55,246 nucleotides of DNA from a virus. Its lineage: Duplodnaviria > Caudoviricetes. Of the stretch, positions 1 through 8,077 are shown one piece after another (the stretch's first letter is position 1; the number at the start of each line of letters is the position of its first letter). The notes under the pieces were generated by a model. That model did no database searches, was not told the DNA's origin, and worked only from the letters and a program-made list of their open reading frames with translations. The stretch lies in the IMG/VR virus record IMGVR_UViG_3300032074_000004, positions 1-55,246 of that record. One strand, 5' to 3'. The position numbers and the translations under genes were made by a program.

Positions 1-105
1 AAGGCTGCGCCCGCGACCGAGCTTCTTCCTGCTGCTTCCACGCCTGCACCTCAGCCTGCATGGCGTAACGGTCGATAACAACACGGGGATATAAGGGGGA
101 CAACG

Positions 106-498
106 ATGCCTAACCCGCTGGTTCAGCACGCACGTCGAGAGCTCGAGGCGATCGGGGAAGACCCGGACGTCATCGACTGGTACTGCAAGGTCGTCGAGGT
201 ATTTACCGAGGCTGGTCACTCCGGTAGTTCCGCAGGGGTTGCGATCCCTACGCTCAGCCGACTTCTGCAGTTCAAGAACCTTGGACCGCTGACCAACGAC
301 CCGGAGGAGTGGTTCTTCCACGGTCCGGATATGTGGGATGGCAAGGAGGGCATCTGGCAGAACAAGCGGGATGGCGAAGCGTTCTCCTCTGATGGCGGCG
401 TGACGTACACGCTTCTGTCCGAGCGAGACCGAGTTCTTCATGTCAGCGCCAAGGCCAAGGAGCCGAAGCCTGAGGAGCCGACGCTCTTCGAGTTGTGA
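106..498 (+). CDS. Hypothetical phage protein
   Basis: RBS AAGGGGG before ATG, genome-typical codon usage. Confidence 0.75.
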   Translation: MPNPLVQHARRELEAIGEDPDVIDWYCKVVEVFTEAGHSGSSAGVAIPTLSRLLQFKNLGPLTNDPEEWFFHGPDMWDGKEGIWQNKRDGEAFSSDGGVTYTLLSERDRVLHVSAKAKEPKPEEPTLFEL

Positions 499-561
499 CT
501 GTTGTGGGGGTAGGGTTCACGCCTTGCCCCCACGGCATGTCTTTTTTGAAAGGGGAGAGAC

Positions 562-1257
562 TTGACTGTCACCATGTCAAGCGATATTACGGTCAAGCTG
601 GTTCGGGCTCTGGCCTCTGATGAGATGGTTGTGCAGGCAGCACAGGTGTCAGTCAAGGGCGAGAACAAGCCGGGTACGGACGAGGCGCGACTGATCAACT
701 ACCTGATGAAGCACCGTCACGGTAGTCCGTTCGAGCACAATGCTTTCACCTTCTTCGTGGAGGCACCCATATTCGTCTTCCGTGAGTGGCATCGACACCG
801 CATCTCAAGCATCAACGAGATGAGCGGTCGGTACACGAAGCTGTTGCCGAAGTTCTACACGCCGAACACTCACCGTAAGCTGCGGAATATCGGTACGTCC
901 GCGCGTCCCGAGTTCGCTGAGGGCACTCACGAGCAGAAGCTTCTGGTCCACGGAGGCAACCGCAAGATCGCTGAGGCCTGCTGGCGTGAATATCAGCTGC
1001 AGCTTGACGCTGGAGTAGCCAACGAGGTTGCTCGAGCCGTCCTGCCTGTCAGCGTATATTCGCAGATGTACTGGACGGTCAATGCCCGGTCGCTGATGAA
1101 TTTCCTCTCTCTTCGGATTGACTCTCCTGATTCTCTTGTCAAGTCCCGCCCGCAGGCGGAGATCCAGATGGGGGCTGAGCAGATGGAGGCATATTTCGAG
1201 GAGCAGATGCCGCTTACTCACTGGGCTTGGACGAACAATGGTCGGGTCGCGCCTTGA
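562..1257 (+). CDS. thyX: FAD-dependent thymidylate synthase ThyX
   Basis: HGSPFEH, signature RHRISSINEMSGRY (RHRx7-8SxR), ARAVLP, NARSLMNFLSLR, QAEI. Confidence 0.95.
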   Translation: MTVTMSSDITVKLVRALASDEMVVQAAQVSVKGENKPGTDEARLINYLMKHRHGSPFEHNAFTFFVEAPIFVFREWHRHRISSINEMSGRYTKLLPKFYTPNTHRKLRNIGTSARPEFAEGTHEQKLLVHGGNRKIAEACWREYQLQLDAGVANEVARAVLPVSVYSQMYWTVNARSLMNFLSLRIDSPDSLVKSRPQAEIQMGAEQMEAYFEEQMPLTHWAWTNNGRVAP

Positions 1258-1385
1258 CCTTGGGGCGCCCTCCTGCAAGAACTGTGGACACACAGCAGTC
1301 CTTCACTGGGGGAGCTTATTCAAGGGGAAAGATTACTGCAGCATTCCAACGTGCAGTTGCCAACACTATAAGAGAGAGGTGGGGA

Positions 1386-1970
1386 GTGAAGTCGCCGTCG
1401 GAGGAGTTGTTGAAGCGGCCTAAGTTGAAGTGCGCCAAGTGCGGGCACACGGATAAGAAGCACAATGTGACATGGGACGGCGGTCATGAGCACTGCAACG
1501 CGATCGGGTGCCCGTGTCCGAAGTTCTACCACGTAGCCGAGGCGACTACCGCAGCTATCGAGGCGGCTGTCAAGGCGGGGGAGCTGTGCAAGGAGTGCAA
1601 TCACTCATATTCCAGGCACAAGCAGGTGGACGACCATCAGAAGCAGCAGGCGCACTGGCCGTGCATGGACTGTTTCTGTGATGAGTTCCGCTTCTACTCG
1701 AAGATCAGATCGGTGGATGGCATCATGGCGCTACTTGATGAGAAGTGTAAGGACGACGATCCCGTCAACCACCCGTCTCACTACACAGCATATCCCGGTG
1801 TGGAGGTGATCCAGCTTACTCGTCATATGTCGTTCAACCGTGGCAATGCGGTCAAGTACACGGCGCGGGCGGGTCTGAAGGATAAGAACACCGAGATCCA
1901 AGACTTGGAGAAAGCAGTCTGGTATCTCCAAGACGAGATCAAACTCCTGAAGGGGGAGTACGAAGTATGA
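1386..1970 (+). CDS. Cys/His-rich (zinc-finger-like) N-terminus fused to DUF3310-type domain
   Basis: Two CxxCxH...HxxC clusters; C-terminal DPVNHPSHY...GNAVKY...DLEKAVWYL typical of DUF3310; GTG at 1386 after GAGGTGGGGA. Confidence 0.75.
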   Translation: MKSPSEELLKRPKLKCAKCGHTDKKHNVTWDGGHEHCNAIGCPCPKFYHVAEATTAAIEAAVKAGELCKECNHSYSRHKQVDDHQKQQAHWPCMDCFCDEFRFYSKIRSVDGIMALLDEKCKDDDPVNHPSHYTAYPGVEVIQLTRHMSFNRGNAVKYTARAGLKDKNTEIQDLEKAVWYLQDEIKLLKGEYEV

Positions 1971-2197
1971 AGGTTCATGCCGACATCACTGAGTCTGGGG
2001 CTCTGACAGCTGGGAAGCTGCACGAACTCCTCGATCAGGTGCCAGCAGACGCCACGATCGTCATCAAGTGTGAAACTGATGGTCGAGACGGCACGAAGTC
2101 CTGGAGCTTCAAGGCCGAGTGGGATCACCCTAACCGGGTTAAGTTCCCGATTCATCAGCCCGCATATCGCGGCCAGGGACAGTTTGGAGATCACTAA
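1967..2197 (+). CDS. Hypothetical protein
   Basis: ATGA overlap with upstream stop, RBS GGGGAG. Confidence 0.7.
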   Translation: MKVHADITESGALTAGKLHELLDQVPADATIVIKCETDGRDGTKSWSFKAEWDHPNRVKFPIHQPAYRGQGQFGDH

Positions 2198-2620
2198 GTG
2201 GCTAGACCGCTTATCAGTCTCGGGGTCTTCATCCTGAGTGTCCTGGCAATCATCTGTTTCGCCGCGTTCCTCGTCGCACCGCAGTATATCGGTGAGGGTC
2301 GCACGCTTAGCCCGTTGGCACTGGCGTCATGGATATTCGGGTCGGCCTCCGTCATTGGGTTCCTTCTCATCGGGCAGCGTGTCTGGTGGGCTTGGTACAT
2401 CAACGTGTTCGTGCAGGTGTGCTGGGTCGTCTTCTGGGTCTGGCGTGGTGAGTACGGACCGATCATCACCAGCGTCATCTACATCCTTGTCTTCGTTCAG
2501 AACGCCCTCAGGTGGTCTCGCGAGTACATCGTAGATGAAAGGGATATCCCGAAGGGTCAGCGCACTCTTCGACGCTTCGGTAACCACCCCAACGAGGAGA
2601 CGAATGAGGAAGCTCTCTGA
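2198..2620 (+). CDS. Membrane protein, PnuC-like helices
   Basis: Several TM segments with WWAW...QVCW...YG pattern, similar to 7829-8077. Confidence 0.6.
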   Translation: MARPLISLGVFILSVLAIICFAAFLVAPQYIGEGRTLSPLALASWIFGSASVIGFLLIGQRVWWAWYINVFVQVCWVVFWVWRGEYGPIITSVIYILVFVQNALRWSREYIVDERDIPKGQRTLRRFGNHPNEETNEEAL

Positions 2621-2822
2621 GCTAACGATTGTGACGGGATTGATCTTGGTATCGATCCTGCCTACGATTCCGGGCCCTAAGGACTCGGATGACCCGCCTA
2701 CAGGAAGGACGGCAATCATTTCTCAGAGTGACGACGACTTCGCCACTTACGCCGAGGATGATATCCCCGACGAGGACGACACCGATGATGAGGACGCTCA
2801 GCCAACTAGGGTAGCTGAGTAA
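2604..2822 (+). CDS. Small protein with hydrophobic N-terminus and acidic tail
   Basis: RBS GAGGAG before ATG 2604. Confidence 0.5.
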   Translation: MRKLSELTIVTGLILVSILPTIPGPKDSDDPPTGRTAIISQSDDDFATYAEDDIPDEDDTDDEDAQPTRVAE

Positions 2823-3142
2823 CTCATGCAAGATGACCAGTTCACCTATGCTCCAGACGGAAAGGCATATTGCCTGAAGTGTGGTACCCGAGCAATGTCA
2901 TCAGCCGCTGCCCACGTGATGCTACACCGATATTTCCTCAACAACTCGGTGTGGTACCAGGCGGCGTGAACAGATCGTCTGAGCGATCGCAAAGAGCCCC
3001 TTAAGCTCAGAGCGCCCCCGGTGAGAGCGGGGTGTGGGGCCATCCTAGCTATGCACTCGTTTAAATGGACGAGATTCAAAAGCCCCTGGCTAGATGATGG
3101 GCAAAAATATCCGACAACAGGGAATCCGACCAGGAAGGAGAG

Positions 3143-3568
3143 ATGTGGACCGAGCAGCATAGGGGCGCTACAACCTCTATGTCTGCTCGGTCCATGTCCT
3201 ATATTTTTGTGGTTAATAAAACGGGGGAGCACATCGAGGATTCAGAGATCCTTCTCGATGAGCTGTGGGTGGGGTTCGAGGACTTCCCGAACTACGAAGT
3301 GAGCAACTACGGACGCGTTGTGAATATCCGAACTGGTCGGGACCTGAGGCCCTCTGTGGACTTCAATGGTTTCCACCATGTCGCGCTATATCACAAGGGG
3401 CTGCGTACGGACGTGATGGTCCATCGTCTGGTGGCTAAGGCATTCTTCCTTAACTATCAGGATGGGCTGGAGGTCAAGCATATCAATGAGGACCGTAATG
3501 AGAACACGGTGCTCAATCTGACACTGACGGGAGAGCCAGTGAGAAAAGGGGCAAGATCATGGCGCTAG
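3143..3568 (+). CDS. NUMOD4-HNH homing endonuclease-like protein (start uncertain)
   Basis: FPNYEVSNYGRV (NUMOD4), VHRLVAKAF, VKHINEDRNEN. Confidence 0.75.
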   Translation: MWTEQHRGATTSMSARSMSYIFVVNKTGEHIEDSEILLDELWVGFEDFPNYEVSNYGRVVNIRTGRDLRPSVDFNGFHHVALYHKGLRTDVMVHRLVAKAFFLNYQDGLEVKHINEDRNENTVLNLTLTGEPVRKGARSWR

Positions 3569-3692
3569 TCGGCTATATCTTGGGGGCGTTCGTTCGAGGA
3601 TTCCTCTTCGGACTGAATATGGACAAGCACAACACCAATGGGGGGAAACAACACCAATGACCATGCAATGATGCACACGAAAGGACACAGCC

Positions 3693-4160
3693 ATGGATGC
3701 AGAGGTTTGGAAGGTCGTTATCGACGACCCGCAGTATTCGGTCAGCAGTTGGGGCCGTGTGAGGAACCGCGTGACGGGTAAGGACCTGAAGGTCACTATC
3801 TCGGCTAACGGATATCCCACAGTTGCCCTTCGTGGGCGGTCGGTCTTGTTGCATAGGTTGGTTTACATCAACTTCATCGACGAGAACCTTCCTGACCGGC
3901 AGCATATCCGTCACATCGACGGAGACCTGCTGAACTGTCGACCCAACAATCTCATATCGAGAGGTCGGCAGCACTACATCCCGACAGGCAATCCTCCGGG
4001 ACGACCCAAGAAGCGCGTTCGCGTTGTAGAGACGGGCCATGTCTATCCTTCACAGATAGAGGCGGCTGCAGCTCTCGGCGTTCGGACGAGCTTCATCAAC
4101 AACGTCCTTCGTGGGCGTTCGAAGACGGTGAAGGGTCTGCACATTGAGTACGTGGACTGA
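3693..4160 (+). CDS. NUMOD4-HNH-NUMOD1 homing endonuclease-like protein
   Basis: YSVSSWGRV, LHRLV, RHIDGDLLNCRPNNL, C-terminal VETGHVYPSQIEAAAALG HTH. Confidence 0.8.
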   Translation: MDAEVWKVVIDDPQYSVSSWGRVRNRVTGKDLKVTISANGYPTVALRGRSVLLHRLVYINFIDENLPDRQHIRHIDGDLLNCRPNNLISRGRQHYIPTGNPPGRPKKRVRVVETGHVYPSQIEAAAALGVRTSFINNVLRGRSKTVKGLHIEYVD

Positions 4161-4294
4161 TTGGGTCCCAACCATATTGATAGCTCTCTGCGTCGGGGTG
4201 ATGACCTACCTCGCCGCAGGGACTATCTGGTTCGCAGCTTGGAGAGTCACCATGTGGCGCGACAGGAGACGAAGACACAAACAGAGGGGGTGAC

Positions 4295-5518
4295 ATGGGG
4301 GTAGAGCTATATCCGCATCAGTGGAAAGCATTGGGGGAGATGTCGAATGGATGCGTCCTACGAGGAGGAGTTGGCACAGGCAAATCAAGAACCGCTCTTG
4401 CTTATTTCTTTACGCAAGTGTGCCTGGGGTCAATTAGAGTTAACGGTCGCGGCGATTTCGGGGCCATGGAACGGCCACGTGACCTCTACATCATTTCGAC
4501 GGCCAAGAAGCGGGACAATGGAGAGTGGCTTGGTGAAGCAGCTGCTTTTGCTCTCTCTACCAGTCGGGATGCCTCTTTCCAAGGAGTTCAAGTCACGGTT
4601 GATAGCTGGAATCGAATCGGAGATTACGTCAATGTTAAGGACGCGTTCTTCATATTCGATGAGCAGAGGCTTGTTGGCTCGGGTGCTTGGGTTAAGGCGT
4701 TCCTCAAGATAGCGAAGCAGAACGAGTGGATTCTCCTCTCGGCGACGCCGGGCGACACGTGGATGGACTATATTCCAGTCTTCGTGGCCAACGGGTTCTA
4801 CAAGAACAAGACGGAGTTCGTCCGGCGTCACGTTGTCTTCAGCAACTACTCCAAGTTCCCCAAGATCGATCACTTCATCGAGACCAGTAGGCTCGAGCGC
4901 TTCCGTAAGCAGATCGTAGTGGATATGCCATACGTGCGGCACACAAAGCGGCACGTCCTGAATATCATGGTTGAACATGACAAGGAGCTCTTCGACAAGG
5001 TTACGAAAGAGCGATGGCATATCTACGAGGATCGTCCGCTTAAGGATGTTGGCGAGATGTTCGTCGTCATGCGTAAGTTGGTCAATGGGGATCCATCAAG
5101 GTTGGGAGCGGTGATGCAGCTGTGGGAGAAGCACAAGCGCCTCATCATATTCTACAACCACAATCACGAGCTAGACGCACTGCGAACTCTCGCGAACACA
5201 TGCAACGCACCGGTGGCCGAGTGGAACGGGCACAAGCATCAGGAGATTCCTGACAGTGACAAGTGGCTATATCTTGTCCAGTACACCGCAGGAGCTGAGG
5301 GATGGAACTGCACGGCTACGGACGCCATGGTGTTCTACTCGCTCAACTACTCATATCGTCTAACGGAACAGTCCAAGGGGAGGATCGACCGACTCAACAC
5401 TCCATATATTGATCTGTGGTACTACGTGCTCAGATCCAATTCAGCGATTGACAATGCCATCATCCGCTCGCTAGCCCAGAAGCGAGATTTCAACGAGAAG
5501 GAGTTGTTCAGTGAGTGA
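4295..5518 (+). CDS. SF2 (SNF2-like) DNA helicase
   Basis: LYPHQ Q-motif, Walker [34 protein letters not shown]. Confidence 0.88.
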   Translation: MGVELYPHQWKALGEMSNGCVLRGGVGTGKSRTALAYFFTQVCLGSIRVNGRGDFGAMERPRDLYIISTAKKRDNGEWLGEAAAFALSTSRDASFQGVQVTVDSWNRIGDYVNVKDAFFIFDEQRLVGSGAWVKAFLKIAKQNEWILLSATPGDTWMDYIPVFVANGFYKNKTEFVRRHVVFSNYSKFPKIDHFIETSRLERFRKQIVVDMPYVRHTKRHVLNIMVEHDKELFDKVTKERWHIYEDRPLKDVGEMFVVMRKLVNGDPSRLGAVMQLWEKHKRLIIFYNHNHELDALRTLANTCNAPVAEWNGHKHQEIPDSDKWLYLVQYTAGAEGWNCTATDAMVFYSLNYSYRLTEQSKGRIDRLNTPYIDLWYYVLRSNSAIDNAIIRSLAQKRDFNEKELFSE

Positions 5519-5774
5519 TCACACTACGAGCAGGCTCCTAGTCGTCCTAGCCATATTCGCCATCGGTTTCATGGTGACGATCATGGTAATGCTTATGGAT
5601 GCGAACGCCAAGCGTGTTCCGCGCTGTAAGTGGTGCGGCGTCAAGTTGCGATGGTGGCAATTCTACTGGTGCCGCGTCTGTTCTTTCTTCATGCGATGGA
5701 ACTATCCCAGTCCTCCATGTCGAGAGAACGGACGACGGCTTGCCAGTCCCGACAGATTCTTTGGAGTTAAGTAA
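5511..5774 (+). CDS. Small membrane protein with CxxC pairs
   Basis: TM segment then CKWC...CRVC; overlaps helicase stop. Confidence 0.5.
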   Translation: MSDHTTSRLLVVLAIFAIGFMVTIMVMLMDANAKRVPRCKWCGVKLRWWQFYWCRVCSFFMRWNYPSPPCRENGRRLASPDRFFGVK

Positions 5775-5984
5775 GTGGATACGGAGTGGCGACGGATTCC
5801 CGAGTTCCGTCAGTATGAGATCAACACACAGGGACAGATCCGTCATCGGATCAATCTGAACATCCTCAAGGTTCAGCAACCAGACAAGAACCCATTCGTC
5901 GGGCTTCAGAAGGACGGCAAGCAGCATAGCCGTTCTCCCAAGAAGCTCGTGCTTACTGCCTTCCCGGAGCTGCGCAGTAAGTAA
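5775..5984 (+). CDS. Stand-alone NUMOD4-like protein
   Basis: EWRRIPEFRQYEINTQGQIR...LVLTAF. Confidence 0.65.
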   Translation: MDTEWRRIPEFRQYEINTQGQIRHRINLNILKVQQPDKNPFVGLQKDGKQHSRSPKKLVLTAFPELRSK

Positions 5985-6520
5985 TGGAAGACTGGCGCTA
6001 CATCCTCAACTCGAAGGACTGCTATATCAATCTCGATGGGGACGTCGTTCAAAACGACAGAGAGGTTGAGCCCTTCCGTCACGGGCGCAGTGGATATCGA
6101 GCTGTGGAGCTCCTGCTCAGCACTAACGAGTATGACCATGGTACTCGGGAGTGGAAGAGGGGAGCGCAGGTTGTGTACGTATGGGAGTTGATGATCCAGG
6201 CTTGGTTCACAAGATTCCCGGATGGAGCAGAGCCATATTTCCTTGATAGGGACGTGTGGAACTGCTCGGCCGAGAACTTGCGGGCGGTCATTTTCGACCC
6301 TAGTACCGGCACTGAAAGAGTCGTTCACGCACGAGAGGAGTCGTGGGGGTACTCGTTTGACAAGCGTTTGAAGGGTAGAGTGGAAATACTCGAAACAAAC
6401 GCAACATTTTCGAGTCCCGCGGAGGCCGCAAAAGCGGTCAATGGGACCCGATCTGGGGTGAGTTTGGTGCTCTCAGGACGCCTTGAGACGCACTGTGGGT
6501 ACCATTTTCGGTGGGCCTAA
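5984..6520 (+). CDS. Degenerate HNH/NUMOD1 DNA-binding protein
   Basis: FLDRDVWNCSAENL (HNH remnant lacking His); C-terminal ILETNATFSSPAEAAKAV...SLVLSG HTH. Confidence 0.6.
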   Translation: MEDWRYILNSKDCYINLDGDVVQNDREVEPFRHGRSGYRAVELLLSTNEYDHGTREWKRGAQVVYVWELMIQAWFTRFPDGAEPYFLDRDVWNCSAENLRAVIFDPSTGTERVVHAREESWGYSFDKRLKGRVEILETNATFSSPAEAAKAVNGTRSGVSLVLSGRLETHCGYHFRWA

Positions 6521-6582
6521 TTCTGAAAAGCTTCAGGGAACTACACTGAACTTCCGCATGTTTCCGGGCTTTTTGGTAGTGG

Positions 6583-6705
6583 CTCTGGCCAAATCCCAAA
6601 AATTTGTATCTAAAACTCCCTAGAGAAGAATCAGATAGTTTTAATTAAAACAATCTCGTTTCTCCCAGAGAAGTTTTGGCGAAAATTTTTGGGATTTGGC
6701 CAGAG
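6583..6705. repeat. AT-rich ~120 bp palindromic element, candidate replication origin
   Basis: Perfect 23-bp inverted repeat CTCTGGCCAAATCCCAAAAATTT (6583-6605 / 6683-6705) around a central GTTTTAATTAAAAC palindrome. Confidence 0.7.
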
Positions 6706-6743
6706 GGTTATGATAGGTTAAAACAATCATTAGGGGGAGAGCA

Positions 6744-6917
6744 ATGCCACTAGAGCGTACCCGGCGTCAGGTTCGGGTTGTTGAGACGTCCGAGATCTTT
6801 CGGAACCAGTCTGTCTGTGCCGAAGCACTTGGGATATCCCAGCCTCTCGTCAGCGTCGTGCTGGCATCGGATGGTAAGCGCACCGCCAAGGGCTTCCACC
6901 TGGAATATGTCGATTAA
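6744..6917 (+). CDS. 57-aa NUMOD1-like HTH protein (below ORF-track cutoff)
   Basis: RBS AGGGGGAG; MPLERTRRQVRVVETSEIFRNQSVCAEALG...KGFHLEYVD, clearly paralogous to the C-terminus of 3693-4160. Confidence 0.75.
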   Translation: MPLERTRRQVRVVETSEIFRNQSVCAEALGISQPLVSVVLASDGKRTAKGFHLEYVD

Positions 6918-6925
6918 AACAATCG

Positions 6926-6950
6926 TCGCGCCAAAAACACACGCTATGAT
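6926..6950 (+). promoter_or_regulatory. Phage repeat promoter variant (TCGC-N15-TATGAT) upstream of the nuclease/RNAP operon
   Basis: TCGCGCCAAAAACACACGCTATGAT, same spacing as the ten early-region copies. Confidence 0.6.
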
Positions 6951-7009
6951 AGAAGGAGTAAAGTGCCTGTGGTAATCACAGCCTCTCATTTTTGCGATCG
7001 GAGCACCGG

Positions 7010-7327
7010 ATGAAGGAAAGCGCCTTTCAGGCAGAGGTCATCAGAGACCTCAAGGATATCTTCCCAGGATGCATCGTCCTGAAGAACGATCCTAACTACC
7101 TGCAGGGCTTTCCTGATCTGCTGATTCTCTTCCGTAACCGATGGGCAGCTCTCGAAGTCAAGGCTAGCTACCTTGCCGAGCATCAGCCCAACCAGGACTA
7201 CTACGTCGACCTGCTCGACGGGATGAGTTTCGCAGCATTCATATTTCCCGAGAACAAGGATGCGATCTTCAATGAACTTCAACACACATTTCGAGCTCGC
7301 AGGCAAGCACGCCTTCCTCAGCGCTAG
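7010..7327 (+). CDS. VRR-NUC-family nuclease / resolvase
   Basis: MKESAFQ...GFPDL...ALEVK...QPNQ PD-(D/E)xK pattern. Confidence 0.85.
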   Translation: MKESAFQAEVIRDLKDIFPGCIVLKNDPNYLQGFPDLLILFRNRWAALEVKASYLAEHQPNQDYYVDLLDGMSFAAFIFPENKDAIFNELQHTFRARRQARLPQR

Positions 7328-7832
7328 CAAATATGCGTGGATCCGTTACGACCTCGACAAGCTCGAGTCTGTCTACCGGAACCACCAGGAAGCACAGCGC
7401 GGGACAGAGCTCCACGAATTCGCCGCCAACGCGATCCGCCTGGGCATCAAACTGCCTAGGACCAAGAAGACGATCAACGCCTTCGTGAACGACGCGCTGG
7501 GATATCGGATGGTGCCTGAGCAGATCCTCTTCTACTCGAGCAACGTCTTCGGCACCACGGATGCAATCTCGTTTCGTCAGAACATGCTGCGGATCCACGA
7601 TCTGAAGAACGGCGTCACCAAGGCCTCGTTCGATCAGTTGCTGATCTATACAGCGCTCTTCTGTTTGGAATATCGAGTCGACCCCTCAACGATCGACATC
7701 GAGCTTCGTCTCTACCAGGAGAACGAGGTTCGCGAACTGATCCCTGACCTTGACGACATCGTCGAGATCATGGCAAAGGTCGTTTCGTTCGACAAGCGAA
7801 TCGAAGAGCTGAAGCTGGCGGCCTTCGCGTGA
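7272..7832 (+). CDS. Cas4-like/DUF2800-type PD-(D/E)xK exonuclease
   Basis: HAFLSAS, GTELHE, EQ, FGTTD, IHDLK, QLLIY. Confidence 0.75.
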   Translation: MNFNTHFELAGKHAFLSASKYAWIRYDLDKLESVYRNHQEAQRGTELHEFAANAIRLGIKLPRTKKTINAFVNDALGYRMVPEQILFYSSNVFGTTDAISFRQNMLRIHDLKNGVTKASFDQLLIYTALFCLEYRVDPSTIDIELRLYQENEVRELIPDLDDIVEIMAKVVSFDKRIEELKLAAFA

Positions 7833-8077
7833 GCGGGAACCTGATCTGGTCCCTCGTTCTTAGCGCGATTGGCATCTACGGCATATTCCTCGCTGGCTCC
7901 AAGAACATCTGGGGTTGGGCCGTATCCTTTAGCGCTCAGGCGCTTTGGATTATCTTCGCTCTCGTGACTGGGCAGTATGGGTTCATCCTGTCTGCTCTGG
8001 TCTATGGGTGGGTCTACGGTCGCAACTATATTCGATGGCGCAACGAAAAGCGGAAGGAGGTCCGTGATGATGACTGA
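7829..8077 (+). CDS. Small PnuC-like membrane protein
   Basis: Three hydrophobic helices, WGW...Q.LW...YG. Confidence 0.6.
   Translation: MSGNLIWSLVLSAIGIYGIFLAGSKNIWGWAVSFSAQALWIIFALVTGQYGFILSALVYGWVYGRNYIRWRNEKRKEVRDDD

Noticed and set aside
7272-7832. Cas4-like gene as evidence of CRISPR-Cas
   Set aside because: Stand-alone PD-(D/E)xK nucleases are common in phage replication modules; no array or other cas genes
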